A stretch of DNA of 64,000 nt from a virus. Taxonomy: Duplodnaviria > Heunggongvirae > Uroviricota > Caudoviricetes. The notes below the pieces were generated by a model. The model saw only the letters and a program-made list of their open reading frames with translations. It was not told where the DNA came from and did not search any database. The translations under genes and the position numbers were made by a program. Location: positions 1 through 64,000 of IMG/VR virus record IMGVR_UViG_3300023179_004209, one strand, 5' to 3'. This document shows, piece after piece, positions 1 to 9,332 of this stretch (positions are counted from its first letter, which is position 1; each line of letters opens with the position of its first letter).

Positions 1-1105
1 AATCTTCCAATTGAGTAGTTGGTTGTAACATTGATTGTAATTCTTTTGCGTCATTATTAATTTGTTTTAACGCACCCATTGCCATACTACTATTTTGTTC
101 TTTTAATAGTTCTTGTACGGCTTCTTTATAACATTCTTTGACAGGCTTACTTTTTGTATGTTTACCAGCTTGTCTTAACTTTCTAGCTCTACAATGTGCT
201 TTTTGACTAAAACCTTTAGGATTACTACAATTAATAGATTTTTTATAAGTATTGGACCACTTTTCTTCAATATTTTGTGTACCTTTTTCTTTTTCTTCAC
301 TGTAAAACTTAAGGTAATCTCTTACTGTAGCTACATAATCACATGCATGATTTAATTTAGCCTTAACCCAATCTTCCAAATTATCATCTACACTGAACAT
401 TGATTGTAGTTTTTCACTATAATCAATTAATTTAGTAACATCACTTTGAGCCATTTCAGCATTTTCATCAAATATACCTTGATTGCTAATTTCTTCTATA
501 TCAGAATCTGGAACTATTTGTGATGGAATATTTTTTACACCCGACAATTTATAAGCCCAAAATCTATGATGACCATCTAATACCTGATATCCGTTTTTAT
601 ATTTGCGAACTAGCAACGGGGGGAGTTTGTCTCCTCGCTTTAGTCCTGCTAATATTTTTTCAACATTGGCTTTGCTTTTTGGTTGATTCATTTTATCATC
701 AGGTTCAAATCCTACAAGTTCAGTAGCAGGTATGTTGACAACTGGACCTGTTGCTTGATAATCGCCCACATTAGCACCATACCATTTAGGGTCGGTGCTT
801 AATGTAATCTTGCCTTCCGCAACACCTTGAATTCCAGATGATTTATGAGTCAAGGCTTCATCTTTTAATGATACCAACTTTTCAGCGACTTGTTTTTGTT
901 GTGAAGTAAGATTTGGAAATCCGTTATTTTCACCCAATCCGTGCAATACAGAATCAACTGCACTTTTGGTAATCCATTTTAATCCCAATTCACGAATCTT
1001 TTCGGCTAATTTCTTACCTTTTAAGGTTTTCTTTATATCAGCTAATTGTTCCAATTCACGAATTGATTTCTTAGCATATTTTATATATGTTTGGTAATCG
1101 CTCAT
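1..1105 (-). CDS. Partial multi-domain protein (runs off left edge) with ParB/Srx-like domain and repeated 'LQSM...LEDW' module
   Basis: Not in ORF track; hand translation from ATG at 1105: MSDYQTYIKY...LPPLLVRKYKNGYQVLDGHHRFWAY (ParB-like)...KLQSMFSVDDNLEDWVKAKL...CSNPKGFSQKAHC...KELQSMLQPTTQLED, open to window edge. Confidence 0.7.
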   Translation of the reverse strand, partial: MSDYQTYIKYAKKSIRELEQLADIKKTLKGKKLAEKIRELGLKWITKSAVDSVLHGLGENNGFPNLTSQQKQVAEKLVSLKDEALTHKSSGIQGVAEGKITLSTDPKWYGANVGDYQATGPVVNIPATELVGFEPDDKMNQPKSKANVEKILAGLKRGDKLPPLLVRKYKNGYQVLDGHHRFWAYKLSGVKNIPSQIVPDSDIEEISNQGIFDENAEMAQSDVTKLIDYSEKLQSMFSVDDNLEDWVKAKLNHACDYVATVRDYLKFYSEEKEKGTQNIEEKWSNTYKKSINCSNPKGFSQKAHCRARKLRQAGKHTKSKPVKECYKEAVQELLKEQNSSMAMGALKQINNDAKELQSMLQPTTQLED

Positions 1106-1109
1106 AAAA

Positions 1110-1916
1110 TTATCTCCAACCCCCACCTTTAGATTTGTACCATTTAGCTGCCCACGCATTGGCATAAGCACTGGGATAAACATCAAACTTTGATCTTGCT
1201 AATGATTTGGCTCTTGACCATAGTTTACTATTTGTTGGTTTGGCTCCTTTTTTCTTCTTCTTTTTCTTTGTTTTTGCTTCGTTTAATGTTGGATCTTCAA
1301 TATCAATTTCAACGGTTTTATTTACAATAGGATCAACATTCTTTCTTCCTTCAATACTACCATCTGGAGTTTTTCCTATAGTACCAACTATATTATTACC
1401 GGCAGTACATGTAACATTACTACCTAGTCGTTTCTTATCATTTATTGGATGATCGGGATCACCAAATCCAGACGAAGAATTAACTACATCCAATTCTTTA
1501 GCCAATCCAGCTTTTCTAAGTTTAGTATAATATTGAGGATCTTCACTTAAATGGTCCAAGGCGATTTCTGTAGCTATATTTGGATCGGTTGTATGTTCCA
1601 TTTCAACTGTTTGTCCCAATGATAATTCTGCAGGATCAACATCACTTGCTGCAGTAGCATCACCAACACCACCGGTAAGAGTCTCAACTTCTTCGGTTAA
1701 ATGTTCATAAAATTCTTTATATGATACATCCCAATCATTGTGGTCTGTATCTGTCCATTTATCAAATTCGTTGAGTTTTTTCATATTAGCAATTTTTTTG
1801 AAAGTTTTACCGTCGTCCCAATATGGGTCAATCATCCATCTTCTACCCTTCATTCTAGGGTCACCAATTAATGGATCATTTGGTTCTTTTTTAGGCTTTT
1901 GGGAATCGTTTTTCAT
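1110..1916 (-). CDS. Hypothetical large-phage protein with EMEH...IALDHL.E...YY.KL (DUF5661-like) motif and basic C-terminal domain
   Basis: ORF 1110..1952, likely start MKNDSQ at 1916; GQTVEMEHTTDPNIATEIALDHLSEDPQYYTKL; C-terminal KFDVYPSAYANAWAAKWYKSKGGGWR. Confidence 0.6.
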   Translation of the reverse strand: MKNDSQKPKKEPNDPLIGDPRMKGRRWMIDPYWDDGKTFKKIANMKKLNEFDKWTDTDHNDWDVSYKEFYEHLTEEVETLTGGVGDATAASDVDPAELSLGQTVEMEHTTDPNIATEIALDHLSEDPQYYTKLRKAGLAKELDVVNSSSGFGDPDHPINDKKRLGSNVTCTAGNNIVGTIGKTPDGSIEGRKNVDPIVNKTVEIDIEDPTLNEAKTKKKKKKKGAKPTNSKLWSRAKSLARSKFDVYPSAYANAWAAKWYKSKGGGWR

Positions 1917-2487
1917 ATTTCTTTTGAGCCATTTCTCTAATGATTTTACCAATTTCTTTTTCTTGTGGTGTGCGATAATCTATAGATTCTTGTTGGGGAG
2001 TAGCCATTAAATTATATGGTTCTGCTTTTGATTCTGGACCCATAAATGATGGTTTTACTGGTAATTTGTCATCGTCATCTATATTCAACATATGCAATTT
2101 ACTGTAGTATTTATTGTCCTCTTTAAGGTTTCTTACTACTAATTCTTTAGCCAAGTCTTTTCTTTTGAATACCATTTTCTTTAATTCATATTGTAAACCA
2201 GCTAAAACTTCATCTGGTGTTACTTTATATTTGATTTCATCAACATCTTTTTCATATTGACCTGGGTCATATGTTGATTTATTATCATAATCATCTGGTG
2301 GAGGAGTACTAATATCACTTGCAGAACCAGCTATAGAGGGAGCATATTTGAATGAACCTGGATTTTGGGATACATCAGGTGAACTATAAGTATCCAAACC
2401 AGATGCACCACCCAATCCTCCTTGTACATAGGATTGACCAGTGTACATTCTATCCCCCATATCATTTTCTTTTATAGTTTTTGACAT
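1891..2487 (-). CDS. Hypothetical protein with degenerate DUF5661-like motif
   Basis: Likely start MSKTIKE at 2487, preceded by TATTTATA; GLQYELKK...LAKELVVRNLKEDNKYYSKL resembles the motif in the neighbouring gene. Confidence 0.55.
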   Translation of the reverse strand: MSKTIKENDMGDRMYTGQSYVQGGLGGASGLDTYSSPDVSQNPGSFKYAPSIAGSASDISTPPPDDYDNKSTYDPGQYEKDVDEIKYKVTPDEVLAGLQYELKKMVFKRKDLAKELVVRNLKEDNKYYSKLHMLNIDDDDKLPVKPSFMGPESKAEPYNLMATPQQESIDYRTPQEKEIGKIIREMAQKKYEKRFPKA

Positions 2488-2527
2488 AACTATAAATATA
2501 AGAAAACAACAGTTAATATCTATTATT

Positions 2528-3247
2528 TTAGACGATAGTTTTGATAGGATGGTAATATCCAGATTTTGATGGATCAAATATAATTGAATCAATGTTCCAA
2601 TTAATATAAGATTCCGAATTCAAAAATGGTTTGTTTAATATATATCCAGATTGTTGTAATAGTGTTCCTAATCTTAATTCCGAAAACATATTGTCATATT
2701 GTCTTGGATTGTTAATCATTAATTTAACCATTGATGATAACACTGATCTAGTAAAAAATAAGCCAGATGTTGGTTTGACTCCACCAATATCAGGTATTAA
2801 TTTTTGAGAATCCGACAATTGTGTATACCAGTACCAATATTCTAAATTTTCTTTTTTAACAACATCGTGACTAAAATTGGACATTTTTAATGCATCACCA
2901 TAAAAATTTTCCAATGAACAATTACAATATGTATCCCATTCTATTATTAAATAAGTTGGTAAGTTTGGATATTTTAGATAAAAATCATATATCAACAAAT
3001 CCGCTTCACTCCAATATTCTTTTTCACATGTTTTATTTAAAATATTATTATTAGGATAAATTTCTTTTCTAGAAACAACATGAGATCCTTCAATTAAATT
3101 GTGATTCTCAAATCCTACAGTGAATATAACCTTATCTGGGTTATGTTTTTTGATTGTTTCATAATTTTTTATTGTTACATCATCATTTGTATAATGTAAA
3201 AATATTATACAAATACGATTTTTTAAAGTCATATTATTAAATATCAT
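2528..3247 (-). CDS. Putative glycosyltransferase-like protein (paralog of next gene)
   Basis: 239 aa; IIEWDT acidic motif after a hydrophobic strand, FSELRLGTL, terminal YYHPIK; glycan-cluster context. Confidence 0.45.
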   Translation of the reverse strand: MIFNNMTLKNRICIIFLHYTNDDVTIKNYETIKKHNPDKVIFTVGFENHNLIEGSHVVSRKEIYPNNNILNKTCEKEYWSEADLLIYDFYLKYPNLPTYLIIEWDTYCNCSLENFYGDALKMSNFSHDVVKKENLEYWYWYTQLSDSQKLIPDIGGVKPTSGLFFTRSVLSSMVKLMINNPRQYDNMFSELRLGTLLQQSGYILNKPFLNSESYINWNIDSIIFDPSKSGYYHPIKTIV

Positions 3248-3930
3248 TTAACTGGATGATAAAAGTATTCTTTTGTAAGATCTATTTTAATATCATTCGG
3301 AGTCCAACTAATATATTTTTCAATATCTTCTTTCCCTTTTTTAAGGATAGTAAATTGGTTAACTAATGTACCCCCTCTTATTTCAGACAACATTCCATCA
3401 TATAAGTATTTATTAGTAATAACTTCATTTACACATTTACTTAATATATGGTTTTTAAAATATATACATGTAGATTGTCCATAAGCATATAAAATTGGAA
3501 ATTTAGTGTTATATGGATTATGTTTTCTATATAATTTTACCCATTCCCAATCTTCTCTTGCAGGATTACAAATACGATTCCCAAAAAAATCAACATTTGT
3601 ATCAAAAAAAGATTCAATTGAAACATTACTATCAGTATCATATTCATAAAGAAAATATTCATCATAGTTTGGTTTTTGAATATATCCTTCGTATAAAAAT
3701 AAATCGGGATCAAACCAATCCAAATGATATTGCGGAACAAAATACTGTATATCTTTATTTGATGGATATTTTTCTTTATTTGTTACAATAGAATTTTCTA
3801 ATAATTCATATCCTTCAAACCCAATAGGAATTACATCCCAATTAGGATTTAATTTTTTAATTTTATTAAATCTATTAATAGTTAAATCATCTACTTTATG
3901 ATGGCTAAACAATATAAGTTTTTTATTCAT
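3244..3930 (-). CDS. Putative glycosyltransferase-like protein (paralog of previous gene)
   Basis: 228 aa; LYEYDT, LSEIRGGTL, terminal FYHPVK align with 2528..3247. Confidence 0.45.
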   Translation of the reverse strand: MNKKLILFSHHKVDDLTINRFNKIKKLNPNWDVIPIGFEGYELLENSIVTNKEKYPSNKDIQYFVPQYHLDWFDPDLFLYEGYIQKPNYDEYFLYEYDTDSNVSIESFFDTNVDFFGNRICNPAREDWEWVKLYRKHNPYNTKFPILYAYGQSTCIYFKNHILSKCVNEVITNKYLYDGMLSEIRGGTLVNQFTILKKGKEDIEKYISWTPNDIKIDLTKEYFYHPVK

Positions 3931-4472
3931 ATTTTAGCAATTAAAACATCATCATTTTCCCATCCATTTTCATAATAAAATTTATAAGATGGATTGATAT
4001 CTTTAAGTTTTTGTTCTATTTCTTCGATATAAATACCAACGCCCCATTCACATTGACGTTTAAATATTCTTAAGTCATCTATCATAATCGTATGATTTTT
4101 AATGTTGGATGATTTAATAATATCTAATTCATAAAGAATTGGACAGTCGTATTTTCCACGTATATCCGAATGCATATCAAAATGAGAATCTAACCAAAAT
4201 AAACATGGGTCGTTTAATTTATTAATTATGTTTGGTAATACATCTGTACTATCGCCAAAAAAAAGTTCTACTTGGTTCAGTTCTATTTCTTTTTGAAATT
4301 TATTTTGACATAAAATTTTATGTTGTGTAGATATATCAATCGTATAGATTTTATCAAAATTACACTGTAATGCTAATTCAACTGACCCACCCTTGTAAGT
4401 ACCAGTTTCTATAAAAATATTATAGTCACATTTATATTTATCAAATATATTTTTTGTAAGAGTTAAACTCAT
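3927..4472 (-). CDS. Class I SAM-dependent methyltransferase
   Basis: IFIETGTYKG motif I, GDS, LFWLDSH, IMIDD. Confidence 0.75.
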   Translation of the reverse strand: MSLTLTKNIFDKYKCDYNIFIETGTYKGGSVELALQCNFDKIYTIDISTQHKILCQNKFQKEIELNQVELFFGDSTDVLPNIINKLNDPCLFWLDSHFDMHSDIRGKYDCPILYELDIIKSSNIKNHTIMIDDLRIFKRQCEWGVGIYIEEIEQKLKDINPSYKFYYENGWENDDVLIAKI

Positions 4473-5347
4473 AAAATAAAATTAATCGTATTCAAAAATT
4501 TTTCTTTGTTTGTTTTGTTCACATGCAAAAAATATTGTCGTATCTTATCACAATTCTTTTTTTGAAATTCAAACAATTCCTCTTTATTGTTGAGTATTTC
4601 GTCAAAGTTAATTTTATCAACAAAATATCCTTGTCTGTATTTATAATATATTTTAGTATCCAGAAATTCATAACCAATTACTTTTTTATATACACCTTTT
4701 GTAGATATAAATTTTACTAATTTTGGATCTAGATATTCCATAAAAACAGGAATTTCACTACATATTACTAATTTACCACAACTCAATGCTTCCCACAAAT
4801 AATGTCCCCATCCTTCATATAAACTGCAACATATGTGAATATCATGAGAATTTAAATTTTCAACGACTTGATTTTCAGTTAAATATTCAATTTCAGAATC
4901 TAGTATCTTAATTGAGTTATATTTATTAACTAATTCTGTATTTTTTTGGACTGATTTTCCTTTGAAATGTAAAATGTTTCCTGTATTTTTTGGGAAAAAA
5001 TATCGATCAATACTAAAAAAACCAGTTTGGATAATTGATGGATGTTCCTTACTTAACAAGTCTTTAGCATATTTGGATTTAACAATTAAATGATCAAATT
5101 GTTTTAAAAACAAGATTTCATCGGGATTTAACCATTCTTCATTTATTACGAGAATATTTTTTTTGTTATTTGACAATTGATCTGCTTGAATATTCTGTAT
5201 GAAAATGCCTAAATCACTATTTCTATAGTTATTCTTTTTAGATATATCATATGCGATTACATCATACTCATGTAATACATTTTTGATAAGAATCGAATCA
5301 TTCACGACTCCTACACCATTATTCCAATAATATAAATTAATTTTCAT
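4469..5347 (-). CDS. GT-B (family 4-like) glycosyltransferase
   Basis: CCSLYEGWGHYLWEALSCGKLVICSEIP = GT4 EX7E motif. Confidence 0.8.
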   Translation of the reverse strand: MKINLYYWNNGVGVVNDSILIKNVLHEYDVIAYDISKKNNYRNSDLGIFIQNIQADQLSNNKKNILVINEEWLNPDEILFLKQFDHLIVKSKYAKDLLSKEHPSIIQTGFFSIDRYFFPKNTGNILHFKGKSVQKNTELVNKYNSIKILDSEIEYLTENQVVENLNSHDIHICCSLYEGWGHYLWEALSCGKLVICSEIPVFMEYLDPKLVKFISTKGVYKKVIGYEFLDTKIYYKYRQGYFVDKINFDEILNNKEELFEFQKKNCDKIRQYFLHVNKTNKEKFLNTINFIL

Positions 5348-6629
5348 TCATATTTACCCATTCTTTTCTATCATCATTCCAATAAACATATATTTTAATT
5401 TTATCTAAATAAACACAATCGGTTTCTCTTGCATTTTTTATTACTTTTTTAAAATGGTTGATTTTTACGTTATGTACTTCATCGTTATACCATACTTTTT
5501 TTATATCATCTGCCCAGTATTTTTTATATTCAGATTCTACTGTTTCTAATTGTGATATATCAAATCCTTGTTTTAATTTTAAAAGTGGACCAAAATCTAT
5601 TTCCATGTTTTGACCATTTAATTGGATTTCATTTACATATTTTTTAAAATCATTGTGTAATGGATGTGTCTTTTCTTGAATTGCTTTATCTTTCCATTCA
5701 TTTATGTAGGAATGTTCTCCCCATATTCTAAAATCAGGTTCAAATATTTGATATTGAACTTTATTACACTTGAACTTTTTAGCAAAACTAATAAAATCAG
5801 ATAGTTGTTGGTAATTGTCTTTTTGTATTACTGTACTTATACAAAAATGATCTAATTTAATATTATCTCGGATAAATGTTAAATTTTCAATTAATGTTTC
5901 AAATGAACCTCCTCTTCGAATTTTTTCATATACATCTTTTGTTGTAGCATCTATACTAACACTAATACATGTAACTTTACTACGGGTGTATTCACTTAAC
6001 TCATTCCAATATTTTTTAAGTAATATTCCATTTGTTAATATATTTATACCATTTAAATTCGGCGCATCAGACTCTTTTAAATTTATTAAAAAATTTCTAA
6101 ACGTAATACTAGCAAATGCATCTCCGGATGGTGTAACTGTTATACGTCGAGCAGTTTTTAGGTTTAATATAATTTCTTTTTGAAAATCATCAATCATTTT
6201 ACGTTCTTCTCCAACTGCATATATTAATTCGGGTCTACACGATGGACATGACAAATTGCATGAACGATCATATGCTAATTGATAATGAAGAGGATCATGT
6301 GAAACTATTGTTTTTTCGTGTTTGATATCATCAATAATTTCTGGCCACCAAGCCTTTTGTAATTCTGATTTGTGTAATACTTCGCTTGTTTTAGATTGTA
6401 ACATTGGACATGAATTTTCATTACAAAAACGAAAAGAACCGTCTAATATACTTTTTCTAAATTCTTGGGCAGGTTTATCATTCCAAATTTCTTTTAAAGA
6501 TTTCTTTTTTAAATTACCGAGTTTATAATTATTTACCCATGATGGACAACATCCCAATACATCTCCATTAGCCATAATTTGAGCTTCTGAAAATGGACGA
6601 ATGCATATATAATCTGAATATTTATTCAT
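5337..6629 (-). CDS. Radical SAM protein with N-terminal SPASM/twitch-like Cys domain
   Basis: N-terminal CIRPF...GDVLGCCP...LGNL...IWN...FCNENSCP, then CNLSCPSC (CxxxCxxC), LTNG, SVSIDA. Confidence 0.85.
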   Translation of the reverse strand: MNKYSDYICIRPFSEAQIMANGDVLGCCPSWVNNYKLGNLKKKSLKEIWNDKPAQEFRKSILDGSFRFCNENSCPMLQSKTSEVLHKSELQKAWWPEIIDDIKHEKTIVSHDPLHYQLAYDRSCNLSCPSCRPELIYAVGEERKMIDDFQKEIILNLKTARRITVTPSGDAFASITFRNFLINLKESDAPNLNGINILTNGILLKKYWNELSEYTRSKVTCISVSIDATTKDVYEKIRRGGSFETLIENLTFIRDNIKLDHFCISTVIQKDNYQQLSDFISFAKKFKCNKVQYQIFEPDFRIWGEHSYINEWKDKAIQEKTHPLHNDFKKYVNEIQLNGQNMEIDFGPLLKLKQGFDISQLETVESEYKKYWADDIKKVWYNDEVHNVKINHFKKVIKNARETDCVYLDKIKIYVYWNDDRKEWVNMNEN

Positions 6630-7243
6630 ATTTTGATGATTATAAGACTGTTATTTGTAATTTTAATTTCTTGATATGCTCTTTTTGAAATTGTATCGTC
6701 CGATAATTTATTAATGAAATTTAATAATATGTCAAAATCTTTTTCATTATATTTTACGTTTACGCCGTTATTATATGTAAAATCAGAAATTATACTTTTA
6801 TTATGTTTCGTGTCAAAACATTGTAAATCTTCTATTATATAGATACCTTGACTACTTACATATGGAAAAATAATATTAAATGATTCGATTGATTTGTCCA
6901 CTTCATGAGACGCATCATCAATTACAAGGTCTAAAGGATTATGTTTTGATAATATTTGATTTAATCTTGTTGCATCAGTTTGTGAAGATTGATACAAACT
7001 ACAATTATTAATTTGTCTATTACAACATTCTAAAGAAATATCAATTCCGATCAATTCTGTATCAGGCAAATACTCACGTAATGTTACGAGACCATTTCCA
7101 TAATATACACCAAGTTCCAATGCAGTTTTAATTTGTTTTAATTTAAAAATTGGTTCATAATAATCATGATATGTTTTAGTGCCAATTAGATTAATTGATC
7201 TATCCGATCCGTGTTTAAGTCCGATTTCTTGTAAGCTTTTCAT
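6626..7243 (-). CDS. Class I SAM-dependent (sugar O-)methyltransferase
   Basis: LELGVYYG, GIDI, DLVIDDASH, GIYIIED (MycE/TylE-like C-terminal domain). Confidence 0.8.
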   Translation of the reverse strand: MKSLQEIGLKHGSDRSINLIGTKTYHDYYEPIFKLKQIKTALELGVYYGNGLVTLREYLPDTELIGIDISLECCNRQINNCSLYQSSQTDATRLNQILSKHNPLDLVIDDASHEVDKSIESFNIIFPYVSSQGIYIIEDLQCFDTKHNKSIISDFTYNNGVNVKYNEKDFDILLNFINKLSDDTISKRAYQEIKITNNSLIIIKI

Positions 7244-7245
7244 AT

Positions 7246-8259
7246 TTAAATTTCGTCAAACATTGATTGTATTAATGTATTTGATTCATATTTTTGCATA
7301 AGTTTGTGATTAGGCCAAATTGAATATGTACTGTGAGATGTATGTATTAAATATTGACATTCAGATAATAAAAACATATCAATAAATGATTCTTGTAATA
7401 TTTGAATTTGTTTATTTACATGTGTACCCATAAGTGATAAATCGTCCTCTGGAAAATATTTTTGTAAACAAAAACTATTAGGGATGTTATTTAATATCAA
7501 TTCATTTATTTTTTGGTTATCACAACTAATAAAATATTTTGGATTGTTAATAGATATCTTTGATATTTTTTCTTTTATTGTATCAATTACTTCTCTTTCA
7601 CTTACCCAATGATCTGTGTCGTTTTTGTATTTTCTAAATGTTGGTTCTTTTTGTTTTACATTACCGTATCTCATATGAATGCCAACAATATTTTGATTTA
7701 AAAAATTCTTTTTGATAAAATCATCAATTTTATATTTAATATACGGCTGCATTTGAAAGAAATTTAAAAAATTTACATAATTAAATTCTTCTGTAAAGTT
7801 TGAAATTTTTCCTTCGATTAAGAATTTTGCATGTTGTATATTCGGGAAAATCTGATTGTGTTCATGTATACGTTGTTCAACGAATATATATTTACTGTTG
7901 TTTATATTTTTATCTATCGTTTCATATTCTTGTTGATTTAACTCGTCTGATATTTTATGCCATCTCGGATTGATGTTAAATACTTTAGATCTATCTATAT
8001 TCCAATAAACATCATCTACTTCGGGTAATATAAAATTTACACCATTCAATGATTGATTTGGTTGTATAAATAAAGAAGTAAATAGATTTACTGCATTAGT
8101 TTTCTTAACTTTCCAAAAATCATTATAATTGTAAATTATATTTCTCCAATCCAAAATTACGTCGCCATCATACATTCTAGCATAATAATAAGTTGCGGCT
8201 AAATTGCATAATAAATCTCCTAAACCTGACGGTCTATTTGTAATGAAATATTTTTTCAT
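7246..8259 (-). CDS. NodZ/GT23-GT11-like fucosyltransferase-fold glycosyltransferase
   Basis: SGLGDLL, VGIHMRYG, FISCD, DMFLLSECQYLI..S.STYS motifs. Confidence 0.75.
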   Translation of the reverse strand: MKKYFITNRPSGLGDLLCNLAATYYYARMYDGDVILDWRNIIYNYNDFWKVKKTNAVNLFTSLFIQPNQSLNGVNFILPEVDDVYWNIDRSKVFNINPRWHKISDELNQQEYETIDKNINNSKYIFVEQRIHEHNQIFPNIQHAKFLIEGKISNFTEEFNYVNFLNFFQMQPYIKYKIDDFIKKNFLNQNIVGIHMRYGNVKQKEPTFRKYKNDTDHWVSEREVIDTIKEKISKISINNPKYFISCDNQKINELILNNIPNSFCLQKYFPEDDLSLMGTHVNKQIQILQESFIDMFLLSECQYLIHTSHSTYSIWPNHKLMQKYESNTLIQSMFDEI

Positions 8260-9332
8260 GTTTTTATATATTCGGTCAAATTGCCAAAATCAATTTTATC
8301 ATAATTGAAATTTTGATTTATTTTTTCTACAAAATCCAAATGATTCACATGGTTTTTATCAAAAATGTTATGCTCTTTAAATTGTTCGTCTGTATAAGTT
8401 CCTCTTCCCCAATTTACAATTCTTGAAAGATAACAGTAAAAATTGTATTTTTTAGCTATATTTATAAACTTTTCTATTTCAGTATAGTTTTTATTCTGTA
8501 CAACGCAATCCAATCTTACAAATTTTAATTTGTTTTCTTTATACAAACTCGAAACAAATTCTAAATTTTTCATCAATTTAGTCCAATCTCCACCTCGTCT
8601 TGTATAATTATAACTTTCTTCTGTGCCGGCATCTAGACTTATAATTGCAGCAATGTGATTTTCATGCAATTTGTATAGTTTATTCCAATTCTCCTCAGTA
8701 AATAATACTCCGTTGGTTTGTAAATGGATTTTAATGTTACTATTAAGTTTTCCATCTATTGATTGTAAAAATTCCCAGAATAATTTACTTGCAAATGGAT
8801 CTCCAGAACCAGTAACATTCACTGTGATTGGTCGAGTACATTTATACAAGTAGTCTAATAATCTAACTTGAAATTGTCTTTTTAAATTATAATCTATTGG
8901 GTTAATTTTTTCGTTTAAAAACCAAAATGTAGGTCTACATGACGGACATTTTAAATTACAACTTACATCATAACATAGATTAATAAAATCTGCATTTTCA
9001 GAAATTAAAATGTTATCATTTATTATTTTTTTGTAATAGTCTCCGTGTTTTCCATCAATAATATCACTCTTATTAGGTAAAGATCCATTTTGGATCATTG
9101 GACATTCTGTTCGGTTACAATATTTAAAACTTCCATCCAAAATACTTTTTCTAAATTCTTTGGATTTTTCTCCGTTCCATATGTTTTCAAAATTGGTATC
9201 ATAATTCATTTTACCCAAATCATTATGATTTACCCAATTTGGACAACAATTGTATACCTTTAGTCCACCGTCATCGTGAATTTCTAAAAATTCCCACGGT
9301 CTTCCACAAAATTTTTTAGTTAAATCTATCAT
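8256..9332 (-). CDS. Radical SAM protein with N-terminal SPASM/twitch-like Cys domain (paralog of 5337..6629)
   Basis: CGRPW...CCPNW...IWN...FRKSILDGSFKYCNRTECP; CNLKCPSC; GSGDPFAS; QTNG. Confidence 0.85.
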   Translation of the reverse strand: MIDLTKKFCGRPWEFLEIHDDGGLKVYNCCPNWVNHNDLGKMNYDTNFENIWNGEKSKEFRKSILDGSFKYCNRTECPMIQNGSLPNKSDIIDGKHGDYYKKIINDNILISENADFINLCYDVSCNLKCPSCRPTFWFLNEKINPIDYNLKRQFQVRLLDYLYKCTRPITVNVTGSGDPFASKLFWEFLQSIDGKLNSNIKIHLQTNGVLFTEENWNKLYKLHENHIAAIISLDAGTEESYNYTRRGGDWTKLMKNLEFVSSLYKENKLKFVRLDCVVQNKNYTEIEKFINIAKKYNFYCYLSRIVNWGRGTYTDEQFKEHNIFDKNHVNHLDFVEKINQNFNYDKIDFGNLTEYIKT

